Assembly: GCA_904063045.1 (NCBI GenBank)
Contig: CAJFCJ010000028.1
Location: forward strand, 560,192 to 624,191
From: Dimorphilus gyrociliatus
Taxonomy: Eukaryota > Animalia > Annelida
Direction of reading: 5' to 3'
DNA: 64,000 nucleotides
Position numbers and translations under genes: made by a program. Positions 13,000 through 28,500 of the stretch are shown piece by piece (position 1 is the first letter of the stretch; each line of letters starts with the position of its first letter). Below the pieces are notes generated by a model. The model was given only the letters and a program-made list of their open reading frames with translations. It did not search any database and was not told where the DNA came from.

Positions 13000-15900
13000 G
13001 TGAAAGAAAATAAGAAGATAGTTCTTGCCTGAAATAAACTACGGTTCCTTTGTTGACAAATGACAAACAATTAAACCGATTAAATGTCTTCTCTAGTTAA
13101 TCATATATATATATACAGTATATATATATATGTTTGTGTGTGTATTATAGGGTTCCCCCCTTCTGATTTCTTTTTATTTTAAGCTATACTATACCAAAAA
13201 GAAAACAAACACTCTTTTTTTTAAATTAAATATTCTTATTCCTTTTTATAATGTGTTTTATTTGTATTGTAGCATTTTTATTTTTCTTTTACCTCATTTT
13301 CTATCAGTTTTTCTTTTTTAAGTACGTCCGATCAGTTATTAGAAATGTCTATATAAAAGGTTAATTAATATTCTTATTGAGCTTTTTTACGAAGCTATTT
13401 GTTACTCTTTTTTTTAAAACTATCTAAAAGTTTATTACTTTTTACCGAAAGATAAAAAAATTGGAAGAAAAGAGGAAAAGGGTGGAGAGAAAGCCTTCTG
13501 TCTTATATAAATGATTTAGGAGAAGAATTCTTTAAAGATTATGATACTGTTCCATTATTTTTCATTTTTTTAATTCTCTCCTCCTCTCTTGTTCTGTGAT
13601 CTGAAACAAAGAAAACTTCAAGTAAAGATATCTCTTTTAATGAAATTCCGAGAAATATTACTATTAGGTTTCCCAAAATTTTTTCATATAATACTTTTTA
13701 GATTTTAGTTAATGACTGATAAAGAGACTCTCTTAGTGGAGGATTTCCTTAATAGTGAAGAACATCTAATGCATTTATTCATTTATTCTAAAACGAACAG
13801 CTTTTCTGTTTCGTTTCTTGCTTGTTGCTCCTTCTTCTATCTGCTTGTCATTATATTTCTATTTCTTTTCCTTCCATTTAGTTGCCTCTATCTTTCTCCA
13901 TTTTGTCCTTCCCTTCTTGTCTCTTCCTCTCTTTTTTACTTCGTTAAATATATTACACTATAAATGTATTTTCCTTTTGCTACATTGATTAGAGTTTCTG
14001 TTTTCATTTTCCGAAATTTGCACTCAGAGCACGGTCTTCAAAAAACTCCAGCCTCTAGAATTTATCGTTATCAGATTTCATTATTCAATATAACCCTTAC
14101 TGATAGAATGATACTTTTTCCGATGAATGGCGTCTGCTCTAGTAGGCTAAATTTCCCTATTTGTACAAAACGACAAAAGAGATTATCGTTTATTTCGATA
14201 TAAAAATTTTGGAACTTCATTTCTATTTATAGGAGCAATGTCAATTGATTTTAGAATTTCATCCAAATCTGAAATAATTTTACATGAAAGGAAAAAGAGT
14301 AGAACAATGTTTAATCTTAAATCAATCCCTTTTTCTCTGTTTTTTTTTAAAAAAACAAGAAACCGAGCTTCTATGTATAATATCTAGATTCATTTAAATT
14401 GTTACGTCATCAACTATGGTAACTTATTCCTCTATTGCGGAATTTTATAATTCAGATTCAAATTTTGCTGTCTTTTTCTTATATATAAAAGCAAGATGAG
14501 GATAATGTTATTCGAGTGGGCGTGAGAAATGAACATTGCTGCTTACAGTCTGTTCTGGGCTGATTGTGGCAGAAATTATTCATACAGGCAGAACCATATT
14601 AAGAAAATACTTTCAATGCCATAGACTGGTCTAATTCTTTTTTCTATATACAGTTATATAGATCTATATTATCCGCAAATCGTGTTCTCTTTTCATATTT
14701 AGTCCCCTCATGCTAAGTTAAATACGTAAAATAGTTGATCTCCTTACAATGTTAATTAGACTAAAAGATTACGGAATTAAATATAATAGAATGAGGAATT
14801 ACGTTTTATCAGAGATTTTTAAAATTCCCCCCTCCATTCTCCTCCGCTCTCTCGCTTTTTAATATTTGATTATAACATTCTTAAGCTGTTAAAAACACCC
14901 TCCTTTAAGGATATACGCATCTTTGATGTAGAATAGGGATACTCTTCCCTTCGTATAACCTAAATAAAAAGGTTCAGACTTACTAGATAAGCGATTTTCC
15001 TTTTTTTGTTTCATTTTTTTTACATTTACTCTAAAGCGCCGTTGTCGAAAGAAAATCGGATTATGGAAAACTAGAATGACGGAATATATATAGAAAATTT
15101 ATAGAATAAAGAAAAGTAAGCAAAAACCTCTTCAACTTTCATTCTAAAATGCTCTAATTTAGTCATTTATTCAAGTTTTTTTACTTTCTAATTGATTAAT
15201 GTCTTATTTAGAAGATGTTTGTAATATGTGCTCCTTAGTATACACTGAATTGATTTCCGCAGAAAGATGTCGCCACCTATACTTCAAGGAAAGTAACAAA
15301 TCAGTGTGTAAGAGAATATAAAGTAAATTCTTTAAACGTTCGGGTAAGCTGTGTGCTCGTACGAAACCAAATATCGGAATATGCCCTCAAAAAAACACGT
15401 TACAAAATAAACTAAACTAAGAGAAAGAATTAAAGAGCAAGATGATTTAGTTGATGAAGATAAAAGAAGGAAACATTTTGTTTGACCTCTAAAAGTCACC
15501 TAGGTTTTAACCTTTGATATTAGGAAGAGAGGTGAAGTTAACCGGGAAGAAAATTCAATCGATAGATTAGGAGAGAATACATTTATTTTCTTTGAACAGA
15601 GAGAAATAGGAAAAATCTAAGAAAAGAAAAACAAAATAACATTAAATTTTATTTTAAAGGATTATTTAAACCGTTCTTGTTGGATTTATAATCGTTTTTT
15701 CATGTATAGCATCTCCTAATACAATAATCCTACTATCCTAATAGTAAAAGTAGAAAAAAATCTGCAAAGTGGAAAACCTAAGTAGAGATACAACTAGAAA
15801 ATTAACAGCAACAAGAATACTTGATGTTTTAAAACAATAAGTAATAAAACATGAAGAAGATAGGTTAAAGTTCAATGTAATATTGTCACTTAATGTAAGA

Positions 15901-18112
15901 AACTACTAAATAGATTAATGCCGGCAAATGTAAATAATGTATATAGTATATTCTAATATTGTCTATTATATAGCAGTCTTAATGGATTTTCAGCTTCTAT
16001 TTCTCCATGTATTTGTTTTAAAATGATATCTTGAAAAGGAAGATAGAAAATGAAAAAATTCACATTTCATGATTAAATTAGTATTGGAAGAAGATTGAAA
16101 GAATAGTAAATGTTATAGAGTAAACAAAACAGAGATACGTTTTAAGCTGCAACTATAAGTAAACAAACTTTTTAAAAATACTTAGAATGCTTATTACGTA
16201 ATACATCGACAAAAAGAAACAAGTTATAGGGAATAATCCAAAATTCAATTACAATAAACATTATTTTAGACTTAAAGATGTTGCTGTGAATAAGTGATAA
16301 GAAGATTTAAGAGTCGTAAGAGTGATTCTTATTCTCCTTTTATATAATCCATTGAATAAATGTTTTAGTTGATAGTAGATTGTTTTAAATAAATAAATAT
16401 ACAAAAACTATTCATAATATGAAAGAATGACCTATTAACATATAATATCTATTATTCGTTTTAAGTGAAATATACAATATAAAGTAAAAGACTTTAACTT
16501 GGAAACTAATCTTTAAAAATTAGCGTTTCTTTCAAATGAACATGAATGTCACTTGTTAATAGTAAAAAATAGTTTAAATCGTTATTTTTAATCTTGTAGT
16601 TTATTTTTATCTATCCCTTATTTAGATCTCGAATCCCTTTCCCTTAATGGCTCTTTCATTCTTTTCTATTATCAATATTTCGAGAGTCTTTCAATCTACA
16701 GTCCATTTATCTCTACCCTTTTTTTTATAACGAGAAGGAGTAAGCATATGTTTCAACTATTAGTTAGACTATTTACAGTGAAATCAATGTAAGGTTAGTA
16801 AAAAAACTTATCTATATCTATATCAATTAGATATATAAGGATAAATAGAATAAGATCCAAAAAGTTTGCTTGTTAACTAGATTTAGATCAATAACACCCA
16901 TTTCAGGGAAAAATATCATTTTAAGAAGAGATAGATAGATAGATAAAAAAAAAGAGAGAGAAAATATTCGTGGGTGAGAACCAAAGATTACACGTAGAAG
17001 TTTAGATAGGAGGAATATAGCAAACGGAAGAAAAAGAAGAAATAAAAAACTACTTGTATCAAATTTAAAACACTTCAATTAATGATATGTTACTAATTGG
17101 TTGGTCATTTAAATGGGGACGCGAGAGTAATGCTTGGGTTAATGTTCTAAATTAATACTCTAAGGCAAATGCAGTACATCTATTCTATATTTATATATTA
17201 ACACAATAGCACAGTTTATAAATACCTAGCTTTTGGATATCATCTAGCCCTATACTAAAAATTAATTTGTATGACGTATAATGTTACATTTTTAGATCAT
17301 ATTTATATCTCTCTTTCAAAATGGAGGATAGGAATAGCATCTTATTCGTTCTAGTTATTTTTCTTTATGGTTTTATAGGTAAATTGCCCTTTCATATCCT
17401 ACATATTTATGCTATATTAACAAGAAAATGTGATCGTTTCTTTACAATATATCATCTTTTATAAAACAACCGATGTGTTGTATGATTGAAAGCTACTTTT
17501 ACAACTTAATGCTATCCAGGCGCCATTTGACGCCTCAAAGCTTTCGATGACGCTTTTAAACGTTTCCCACCAGTCTTATTCTTTTTTCTCGCAGTATAAC
17601 TACAAACAATATTACACAGTAAACTTTTAACAGTATGTCATATTTTCATAATAATAGGAAGTAAATCGCTGAATTTTTTATGTAGGTAATTATCTTTTGT
17701 TTTCCTTAAATTGACTTATCCACCGAATAGATAATTTTCCTTTAAAAAAATCGTTACTCTATCTAACTAACTTGTGAGATGACATTTTGAAAATATTGAA
17801 TGAATGAATGAATGGTTGAACGATTGAATGAATTAATTTAAATTGTTAAAGTATAATTTTTGTTATGTAGAATATTTCTATTATTATTGTTATGTGTTTT
17901 GTATTTATTTATTCACTGTAAGACGCCATTAAAAAATATCAATTAAACTAAGAAACAACCATCACGATCGATGGTTTGGATCTGCTTAAATCTAATTTGT
18001 CATATTAAAAATAGGTTCTATAGATACTAATATATAGAAAACTTTAGATATTTGTAAAATATCCTTATCATCCTTGTGTTTTTTCTTTCGTTTTCCCTTT
18101 CGATCTTTGTCT

Positions 18113-18214
18113 GTGTGTGTGTGTCTGTCTGTCTGTCTGTCTATTTATATACACATATATTTATATATATATGTTTGTCATCCCCTCGCTCACCCCATCC
18201 CCCTCTCTCTCTCT

Positions 18215-18246
<32 letters not shown>
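18113..18246. repeat. Compound (GT)n/(GTCT)n/(TA)n/(CT)n microsatellite
   Basis: Read directly; it explains the overlapping low-complexity ORFs at 18074-18319. Confidence 0.9.
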
Positions 18247-18251
<5 letters not shown>

Positions 18252-21200
18252 ATTTCTATTTATTGCATACTTTTAAAATGTTACTCTTTCCACCTCTATT
18301 GAATTATTCAATAATGTAATTCAATTGATAGAAATTAAATAATTAATTCTGTTCTCTTCTCAATAGATTAGTTTCTATATCTTGTACACATCTTACTCGT
18401 CTCTTCTAATTTGTTACAGATTGTTTATCAATTCTCTGTCTTGATATCTTGTTTATATACGATTAAAAATATCGTTTTAGCATACATACAAAAAGATGCA
18501 AGACATTAATTCCATCATTTATCGATAAACTTGTATAAAGTATCACAAAGGTAAAGAATAAACGAATGAAAAGTACTTCCTTCTAATTTATGATGATAAA
18601 AAAAAGAAAATTTTGTTTATATTGTCATTTTAAAGAAACATATTAGTAAAATTTTATGAGGAAAATTTCAAAAAGTTTATTCTACTGAAGCTTTTGAAGA
18701 ATGTTTGATGTTTTCATTTTAGAAAGTGATTTCCAGACTTAGATTGATTGATAGACATTTACTTGGATTCTTTAAATGCTAAAATTTTCTAAAACAAAGA
18801 CTAAAAAGTTTTATAAAATATGGCGGTTAAAAATAGATAGTAATCTACTGCATTTCCACGATCTATTTAATATGTAAAGTTGTTAAATTTTGTTTTTTAA
18901 AAGAAGAAAGAGTTTGTTAAGGAAGGCAATAGATAAGAAGGAAAAGGAGGAAGAAGAGATGTGAAAAGAGAAAATGACAAACAGTTCTAATCAATAGTTA
19001 AGTTGTTTAGTGGCTTAATTTGTTAAGTAGTTTATTCCTTTATCTTTTCTTTTGTGAAATAGTAGAGTCGTTATGCTTGTTTTAAAATTTTCTTTTTCTT
19101 ACATAAACGCAGATATATCTGTATGTAAGCTCATTGGAAGTAGCTATTGTTAACCTGGATCCATTTGGAGGTATAATTAATCGCTGAGAACATTTTGTTG
19201 AAGTTTTAAAGAAAAGGTGAAAGTGGATTTAGTGGACATCTCCTTGAAAATGGAAATTGAAAAAGAAAAATCGTATATAATATTAAATATAGTAGGATAT
19301 AGTAGCTTCCGATTTAATATAAATATTGCAGTTTAAGAGCAGATGACGTTTATGGAATACAGAACATTTCCAGAATCGTTTATTGGGTTCTGCTTTTGAT
19401 TAACACGCTCTTGTATTTTAGACTTCTTTTCTATTCGACGGCCACCGGTTATTTCCTCTTCCCGTGCGTATTGTACATCAATTTACGGCTAGTTCTGCGT
19501 TTATTTATAGGAATTGAGCTTCTTCTTATTGCCGTTTGATTTTTTAGCAAACTTTTTACTGTTCGTCTAGCTTTTCTATCTATAAAGAAATGATTAAGGA
19601 AAATGGGGATTGACTAAAAGGCATAAAGAAATTACGTACATGACGAAAGACGGGAAAAAAACTCTTCTTAAAAGTTCCTAGATATTCCAAGGTCATAATT
19701 TCCCTACCATACAGTACAACAGAAGAAATTCAAATATGTTTGGTAGAATTCGTATCAAATTACGAATAGCTTTAGATTTCAAGTCATTATTACGATAAAT
19801 TTTAGACGCTTTTCCAGTTTCTTCATAGCGGAATTAAGGTTTCTTATGGATTCATCAGATGGAACAAATTTCGAAGGTTTCCTAATTTAATTCATGTTTA
19901 ATTTTATACACTTTTCCATTTTGAACAACCTTGAATTTTATACATTCTAAGAAAAGAATTTCCCAAAATATCTTATAAAAATCATGGATAGAAAAAATGA
20001 AGATAAATTATAAAGAATCTTCTAGCATATAGGAGATTGTTATAATAATTGTTACGATTAAATCTTCCCCACTAAGAGAAAAAAAGAAAAAGACAACCTC
20101 AACTATAAAGTGTTGACTTGACAATATTTACTTATGAATTTTTTTCTATTATCAAAACAATTGTATCAGATATTTGATACTATCATAACCACGTTCAATT
20201 GCTAGTATTCCTCTATCGATTAATTATACTTGTATACTGAACCGGAAGTGTACATGCCCTTTTCCGCAAGTATGATTTTATTTTCATAATACGAAATATG
20301 TGAAAATCTCGATATTTTCATCAAAAAGCAGTAATAATAACAATTATCGTTTACTTAAAGAGAAAAGCCTGATTAGTGTAAAATTATGACGTATCGGTAA
20401 AGAGACGTTCTTCCTATCTAACTCTTTTCTTTTCCCCTTCGGCTTTTTACCGTTTTATTATTTTTCCTTCTATTCGGTTAGCATATTTTTTCTTTTAAAT
20501 TTTTTATACCTCTTCTGCCTATAATTATTTGTAATTTTACGGTCCAAAGACTAGGACATGACTCTGCTCAGCTGAGCAATCTTATTATAAAAAAGCAATT
20601 GTCCAGACTACGATCACAGTTACTTCTATTTCAAGTTTAGTGCAAAATCCTATGCCATACTGTCTTATTAGTTTAAAGTAAAAAAGAACTAAAGTATTTA
20701 AATACTTTGTTGTTTCACATTTGCTTTATTAAGCAAAGAAAGAATTGGTTAAAAAAAGAAAAACTATGGAAAATATATCAACGTTTTATGAAATTTTGAA
20801 ACAAATATAAGTGAAAATATATAGAGAGAAAAGAAGCTAATACATCGATATATTGTTTGTTCTTACAAACATTATTATTTCTATAATGTTTAGTTATAAT
20901 CACGATTGGTAAAGTACTTTTAAAGCGGTTAAACGATATAGTTCTCTCTACTGATTTGATCTATAAATCTGATAATCTCATTCTAAATTACACTGCGCCT
21001 TAGGATCCTTCATTTTTACTCTGATTAGTAAGTCTTCGACGACAATTGGCAACAGAAAGAAACGCTGGGGCGAAAGAGACGTTTTTGTGCTTTGGCATTA
21101 GCGAAGAAGGGGGTGGAGGTTGAAATGAGGAAAGAAAGGTGTAAAGAGCCAGGGGGAAGTATTGTTAGACTATTTTCAAAAAAAGAACGAAATTTCTCCC

Positions 21201-24200
21201 AATTCAACATCAGGATTAAGCGATTGTCGGGGGTCTATAGCGAATATACTCCAAGATCCGATTATCGATTTAGAAATCTTTTTATACCATATCTTTTTTA
21301 CTTTCGCTAAAGAACTCCTTCTCTTTTCCTAAAGAACGAACAAAAGACGCTAACGATGGTCAATTTTCAACCCACAACTACACTTACCAAATAGTGATAC
21401 ATTCGTTAAGATATGTTCTGCAGCCTGCCTTATAGAAAATATGCTATTCCGTATTTTTTTACGCGAAATTGGCGTAATTGACGATGCGGATCTAAGTATC
21501 CAAGAAGAAAAAAATATTAAAGACGCTGAACCGTAAATTATGCTCTGCAATCATTTCATTATTTTCCATATATCTTAATAATTTCTCTTCGTCTATTGTC
21601 TTATTATGATTATAAGTATGATGATGATTATTATTATTAATAATGATGATAGAGGAAAGAGTTAAGTAAATGAATTGAATTATAATCCTTAACTAAGAAA
21701 TTATAAATTATATATAAAAAATAATTACAATCAAGGAAAAAGTTGTTTTTAGAAATTAGCAAATAAGCGGATTTGAAAAGTCGAATATTGATTCTGTCAG
21801 ATTTTCAGTTGAATTGATCTAGAGACGGAAATGTGGCTGATATATGGGACGATTTTTCCTTAAAAACTTTCATTCTATTCCCTTCCACTCTTCCTCTTTT
21901 ACTGCTAGCCGAACTTTTAAATTCTTTAACGCTTTGTTTCATTATTATACATTATTATTTAATGTCCTTAACGGTCAATCAAACTATTCATCACAAATAG
22001 AAAAAGTATCTTAAAAACCGGAAGTGAATGAAAGGAAAATAAACTTTTTTCTAGTATTTTATCGGAAAAAAAAGGAATTTTTTTCCTTTTATTCTTTCAT
22101 TCTATAAAATAAATATTAAAGAACAAAAAAAACTAACAATAAAAAGATGTTTAGGCGTAGAACAAAGAGAAAGAGAGAAAAAAAACAAAATGGAGAAGAA
22201 ATATCAGAAAGGCTGTAAGAAGAGAAGAAAAAACAGAGGTCGTTCAGCTATTAATCAAGCGGTACGGTACATACACAATCTTATAAAGCAAACTTAGAAA
22301 GTATGTATAATATATAGCAACTAAGTTTAAGCAAATATGCAGATAGAAAAAATTATTGAGCTTTACCGTACAAGCTATTTACTAAAATATGAGCTTAATA
22401 TATCTTATTAATATTCATAATTAATATTTCCTATTCAACATTTTCAACGAATTCTCAATAACTATTCCCCTTATGTTTTTCCTTTTTCTTTTCCCGCTTT
22501 ATTATAATAAGGTAATAGTCTATCTTTTGTGAATAATACAAATTGATAATTGATAATATTATAAGTATTTGATTTTTTCATCAATAGATGTCACTAGAAT
22601 GGTAATGAGAATACTACGTGACTACGTGCAATGACAATGGAGCTGATCCTATTTCTTTTTAAAACCCCCGTAGAGTACAGGATTTATTGCTTTTTACATT
22701 TATTGATCAAAAAGAGAAAATATATAGAATGTATTAGTTGAAAATAAATGACTAGAAAACTATAAACCTAATAAAATATACATCATAAAAGAAGGCCAGA
22801 AATACATATAGCCATAATTTCTATAACTGCATACAACTTTTTTGAATAAATAAACATCTTAATAACAACCACTTTAAATACGGATGATCGTATTATACAT
22901 CTTTAACAAAATATGCGCTAAATACTCTATATATAAAGCAGTAAATTATTTAACATTTATACATAAATATATATATATGTATAGACTACATTCACTATGA
23001 ACTTTTCATTAGTGCCATAAGTTTTATATTTCATAATATAAACAAAGAAATTATTCCAAACTAAACATGGCAAGAAAAAAAACAAACAGAAAAACCTCCC
23101 AAAACATTATAAAAGTATGATTAATGAAATAGATATAGTAGAATATATATAAATATAAATATATATAAATTTATATATATATTTATAAATACACTTTTTT
23201 TTATAAAAAAAAAAGTTAATAATAAATTAAAAAGAAAAGAAAAAATTCTTAATTTTTTTTTTTAAATTTAACGCCTACGTTTAACGTGATAAGAATATAA
23301 AAGAACAGAGAGAGAGAGAGAGAGAGAGAGTGGTTTATTCTTTTCAGCTTGTACATATTCTTTAAATTTTAATTCAACTAAATATTCTAACTTAGATAAA
23401 TAATTTATATTAATCATATATTAAATATACTGCATACTTATATCTATATATCTTATGTATGAGTATAATATACCGCAAAATGTTTGCTGAAAGTTATAAC
23501 TTTACGAGGAAGCTGATGTATAAACTTGTATCTATAATTTTTTTTAATATTGATATACTATCTACTGGAATATCAATCTCTTAAATTGTTTAATACGTAA
23601 ATATATCCAAGTTTTATCAACTATCTTAACTTCAGAGAAAGAGAGGAATAAAGAGAGAAATAAAGAGAGAAGAAGAGAGAAAAATGATCAGCTGTTGTCA
23701 ATTACTTTTCTGATATTCTTTACATATACTTAACTCAAAATGTAGTTTTATTTTTTGTCGGTAGACGGCGCTTCGAACAGAAATTGGCGCGAAACTGTCT
23801 GCGTTTCTCCAGAAGGCACTTCGATGAGCGGCGTTTAACGCCGGGTTTTTTCCGTGAGACTATTTTCAGAAATTTAGACGAAGCGTAATTAGCTATTTAA
23901 GGAGAAACACGCGAAATTCAAATATCTTCCATTCGTTGAGTGTCTCTTTCTCAATTTTAAACAGAAATATGCATTGAAAGGTTGGTAGATGTTTCTCTTT
24001 TATGTCTCCTTATATCTTTATATACGTTTGTACATCTGTACGTAAACGTCTGTGTAAATATTGTACATAGTTTGAAAACTCTTAGTAAAAGCGTCTAATT
24101 AAGCTATACAATGTTTTTCTAATGTGTTGATAAGAATTTGATCAGAGTCACGTGCAAGGTATCAACTTTCTTGGAAGGTAATAGGACTGTAAAGTGAAAA

Positions 24201-25494
24201 AATCCCCTCTAGCATTTAAGAATTAATACTTGGACACGAAGTTTTCTGGAATTGATAATTTTTTCAAAGAATTAATCATCAAATTATTTAAAATATACAA
24301 TTATAAAATGCAAAAAGGGAAAGATAAACTTTCAAACCAATGAACGTATTCCTGATGAAATTAACCTTCTCACACTCTTTCTCTTTCTTTCTCTCTCTCT
24401 TCCTCGTTCTTTATTTTCTATTTTTCTTCGTTATTCTATTCATAGCTAATGAATAATAGTTTTAAAGCCTAATTTTCTCTTTACATCAGAAAAAATCGCT
24501 TATTTGTTAAATCTGAATAGATTTTTTAATTAATAAAATATCTTTTATTGCACTATAAATAAGTTAATGAATTATACCTTTTCTAGCTAATAATTCAAAC
24601 ACATTGTATACTAAATAGAAGTTATTTGTTAGTAAGTTTCCTTTTCTTTAAAATCTCTTATGTCTCTCATTACTATTGATTTTTAATTTATCATTTAAAA
24701 CCTTATAGAAATAAAGTATAGACAACTTAATTTATACGGATAATTAATATACTTTTATATAAAATACTAATAAACAAAAATGGAGCGTACTCTTTCCTTT
24801 TAAAGTTTATTATTCTATTACTTTATCCAATATTTCTTTAATGTTCCAATCTGATACGTATGACATAAATAGTCAAAAGCCTATTATTTACCGATTCGTC
24901 ATTTTATAAAACATTTTTACCCTTTTACCTATATATGATTTAGGCGTCTATTCCATTAATATTTTCAGGCAGAACAGTTTACTTTTAAGTATTTTCGTTG
25001 GTTTTTTTTTACTTAAAAACTTTATTAATCCTATTATATTTTAATACTTAGTTGTCGGAGTGGGCTTAGTTAGAGAAGAAGCGGGAAAAATAAGAGAGAC
25101 TAAGGCAGATAGGAGAACATATAGAGATAGATATGAAAACATAAGAGGCGAACAAAAGAAACGTCAAGATAATAAAAATGTAAAAGAAAGAAAACTCTCC
25201 TTCCCTAAATCTTCAACCTTTATTATCTTTCAGAAGTATTGCAAAAAGGAAACAGAATTTCCGAAAAAGGCGTACTATTATTATTATTCTTATACTAAAA
25301 TTTCTACCCTAGAGTAATGAAGAAAAGATAGAATTTTTATTATAAATTATACATCCATAGATAGAATCAAAGTTATATTTTCAGTTTATTTAGAATATTT
25401 AATAAAAACTAGGTATTATCTATATTTTTAGTTTGGAAATAACCTATTTTTTTAGTTGATGGATTTTAACTATAAAGTTGTGTTTATAAATGCG

Positions 25495-25499
<5 letters not shown>

Positions 25500-25527
<28 letters not shown>
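25500..25527. repeat. (GA)n microsatellite; similar GA/CT tracts near 23308, 30953, 38858 and 55571
   Basis: Read directly. Confidence 0.9.
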
Positions 25528-25530
<3 letters not shown>

Positions 25531-28500
25531 AATACGATATTTTTTAGGTTGTAGTATTGTAAAAAATCTATTAATTAGATATGATTTGCAAGGGAGAACA
25601 TTGAAAAAAACTTTTATTGATTTCTTTTACATATTGATCAAATTTTTTGGATAATCCTAAAAACATAACATAAAAACAATATTTATATACATATATACGC
25701 TTTATCCTGTTTTTTTCATTTAGTTAAGGAAATAACTAAATGATAAAAAGCAGAGACAAGAGATTGCAGAAGGAGAGAATTATATTGAAAAGACCAAAAT
25801 CTTTTGTTTGAAGAAAGGGTAGAAGGATGAGGAGAGCTGAATAGGAAGATCTTTAGATAAAATCCAAAAGATTAGACTCTAAGAGAAAAGGATTTCTAAA
25901 TAATCTAGGACCTTTCAAATAGACCTATAAAAATTACTTGATCCTTACTTTATGCTAAAAAATAATCATTCAAGATTAGTAAGAATAAAGTTATTAAATG
26001 GAAAATTTCAACTTGTTTATATAAAGAGAAGAAAAACAAGTCTTCTCCTCCAACTCTTTCTCACTGACATTTTCTCTTTTTCTTATATTTTTTAGTTATT
26101 ATTGTTAAGAGATATTTAATTTAGATCAGACAGTATTTTTTTTCCTTGCAATTACCTATTGCGGTTGCTATCGACGTGATGAAATGTCCTGAAATTGTTG
26201 AAAATAGAATTTTCTGTAAACTCTTTGCTGGCACGTATGGCGTCGAAAGTTGCCAAACCGGATATAGTATCTAGTCTTAATGAGACTCACTTTTAAGCGT
26301 GCTGCTACATTAATTTTCTTTTTGATTTTCTCTTTACGTGACTATCCTTAGTGTTGATTTAATATACTTATATATTACTCACTGTTTGACTTGTAGCCTC
26401 ACTTAAGAGAATGGTTCATAGGTTCAAAATATGAATAATAAAAAACAAATATAACCAAAGCAATTGCTTTACAAGTCATTCCCTCTTAAATGTCTTAAGG
26501 GTTTTAATCTTCTTTCTACTATTTAGTCTTTACACTGCTTTTAAGTTCCCAGTATGGAATTTTTATGAAATACCATATTTTTTAGGAAATAGATAACTAA
26601 GAATTGATAAACTTTAAAATGTTAACAGTGTTTAAGAGTGATTTAATAATTTTGTAAGTTGTTTCTTCTTTATACTTTGATGTTAAAGTTTAATCATATA
26701 CGCCTCGATACAGCACTCCGTTATAACTATCTGACAGGGGCCTAGTTTATGTCCTAATTTACTTTTACCCTGTTTATCCATTTTCTAACACTGTCCATAT
26801 ATATACTAATATATATATATATATTGTTGAGTTATTTTCATCATAAGATTATTAATTTATTAAGAAAAAGGGGAAATCTTCCTAAAAACGGAAAAAAATT
26901 AACTATTAGGGAATGAATAAGTGTTTTCGTTATTAACAAGCAAGAAAATAAATATCTTATTGTACGCAGTTTATTACGATAATAATACAAAAAAAGAGGA
27001 GAAATTAGGTTGGTAGATTCATATTTCTAAAACGCAGAATTCATATTTCAAAAGTTAACTTAAATAGTTTCTTTTTACCTTTTTCTAAATGGAATGTTAA
27101 GAGAAAATCTTTATAAAAAACAAACATAACTAATAAAAGCAACGTATTTGTATAAATGAATTATATAAACATATATCTATATATTCATACGTAGAACATC
27201 ATTAATATATTCATTTATTGAAATTTCACACATTACTTTTTCTTTGCTATACAAGTGTTTTTCTTCTACTATTCAGCGGTTAGTTTTCTTCCTAAAGGAT
27301 CACAGATTAAAGAGAGTATACTGAAGGGAAAAGTGTCTACTTCTGTTTTGCTAAATACGACAATTGTTTTCAAAAGCTTCTCTAAAAGAAGTATATACTT
27401 ATATCAGGAAAATATATGTATACTGTATATTTAAGATAGTCTCTACAATACTATATGAAGAGAATGTACTTCTAGTGCAGCCCACCAGTTATATATTGCC
27501 TCCAATTTAATAAACTGTTAAATTGTAATCTATTCGATGACAAACGTTTATTCATATAGCATTCTACTGTCAAATCTACAACTTATACATTATATTGCTC
27601 TTCATTTTATAAATTATACAAAATAGATTTAATGTTATTCCTAATTAAATTTTTCTTCGAAAAGAGATAAATAGATTTTATAAAGCGTATAAGCGTTGTT
27701 TTTTCTCCTACTTATTATTAAAATTAATGCAATTTCTTCAAAAGACCGTTTTTTCCCAGATGTGCATGACAGGCAAAGGTTTTTTTTTCGTTTAATTAAT
27801 AATAAATATTAAATATGCATATATAATCCATGAATAATCATGTTTTAAACAAATTTGAATATTTATACAGAATATTAAAGTGAATTAGATATGAATATTT
27901 AAAGATAAACAGAAAATATTACTAAATAAATTCCCACTGTCTGTTGTTAATTACCTTTTTCTGACTGTATTAAGAAAACAAGAGGAGAAATTATGTCTAC
28001 AAAAAACTTCAACTATTCAATTTAGTATACAAAATGTATTTGCTAATTGAATTTTAACTTAATTAATAATTCAAACGAAACATTTTTAGGAAGCAAAAAA
28101 AAGGGACTATTTTTAATTTACTCTATGCTTTTAAGTAGTTTTTAGGTCAGACTGTTAATAAGAATAAAGATAAGTAACAACAGGTTTATGAATAAATATG
28201 TAAAACAATATAAATGAAATTTATGTAGTGATAACTATTCTATTTATCTATTTTTCTAATTATTGTATTCCACTCGTTATTTAACTTGTATAAAAAGTAA
28301 GAAGTTATCATGCATTTATATCTTTCTTTCATAAAGAGGGAAATGAAAGTATGATTATTGTCAAATTAATATTTAATTGGTCTAGACAAAAAATGATAAA
28401 GGCAGGATAAGTACGTTGAATCGGCTCTTAAGTTTTTATTACGTGACAAAACTAATAAAAGTAGTGAGGTTGCTTTACAAAAAATACTCTGTCAAAGTAA

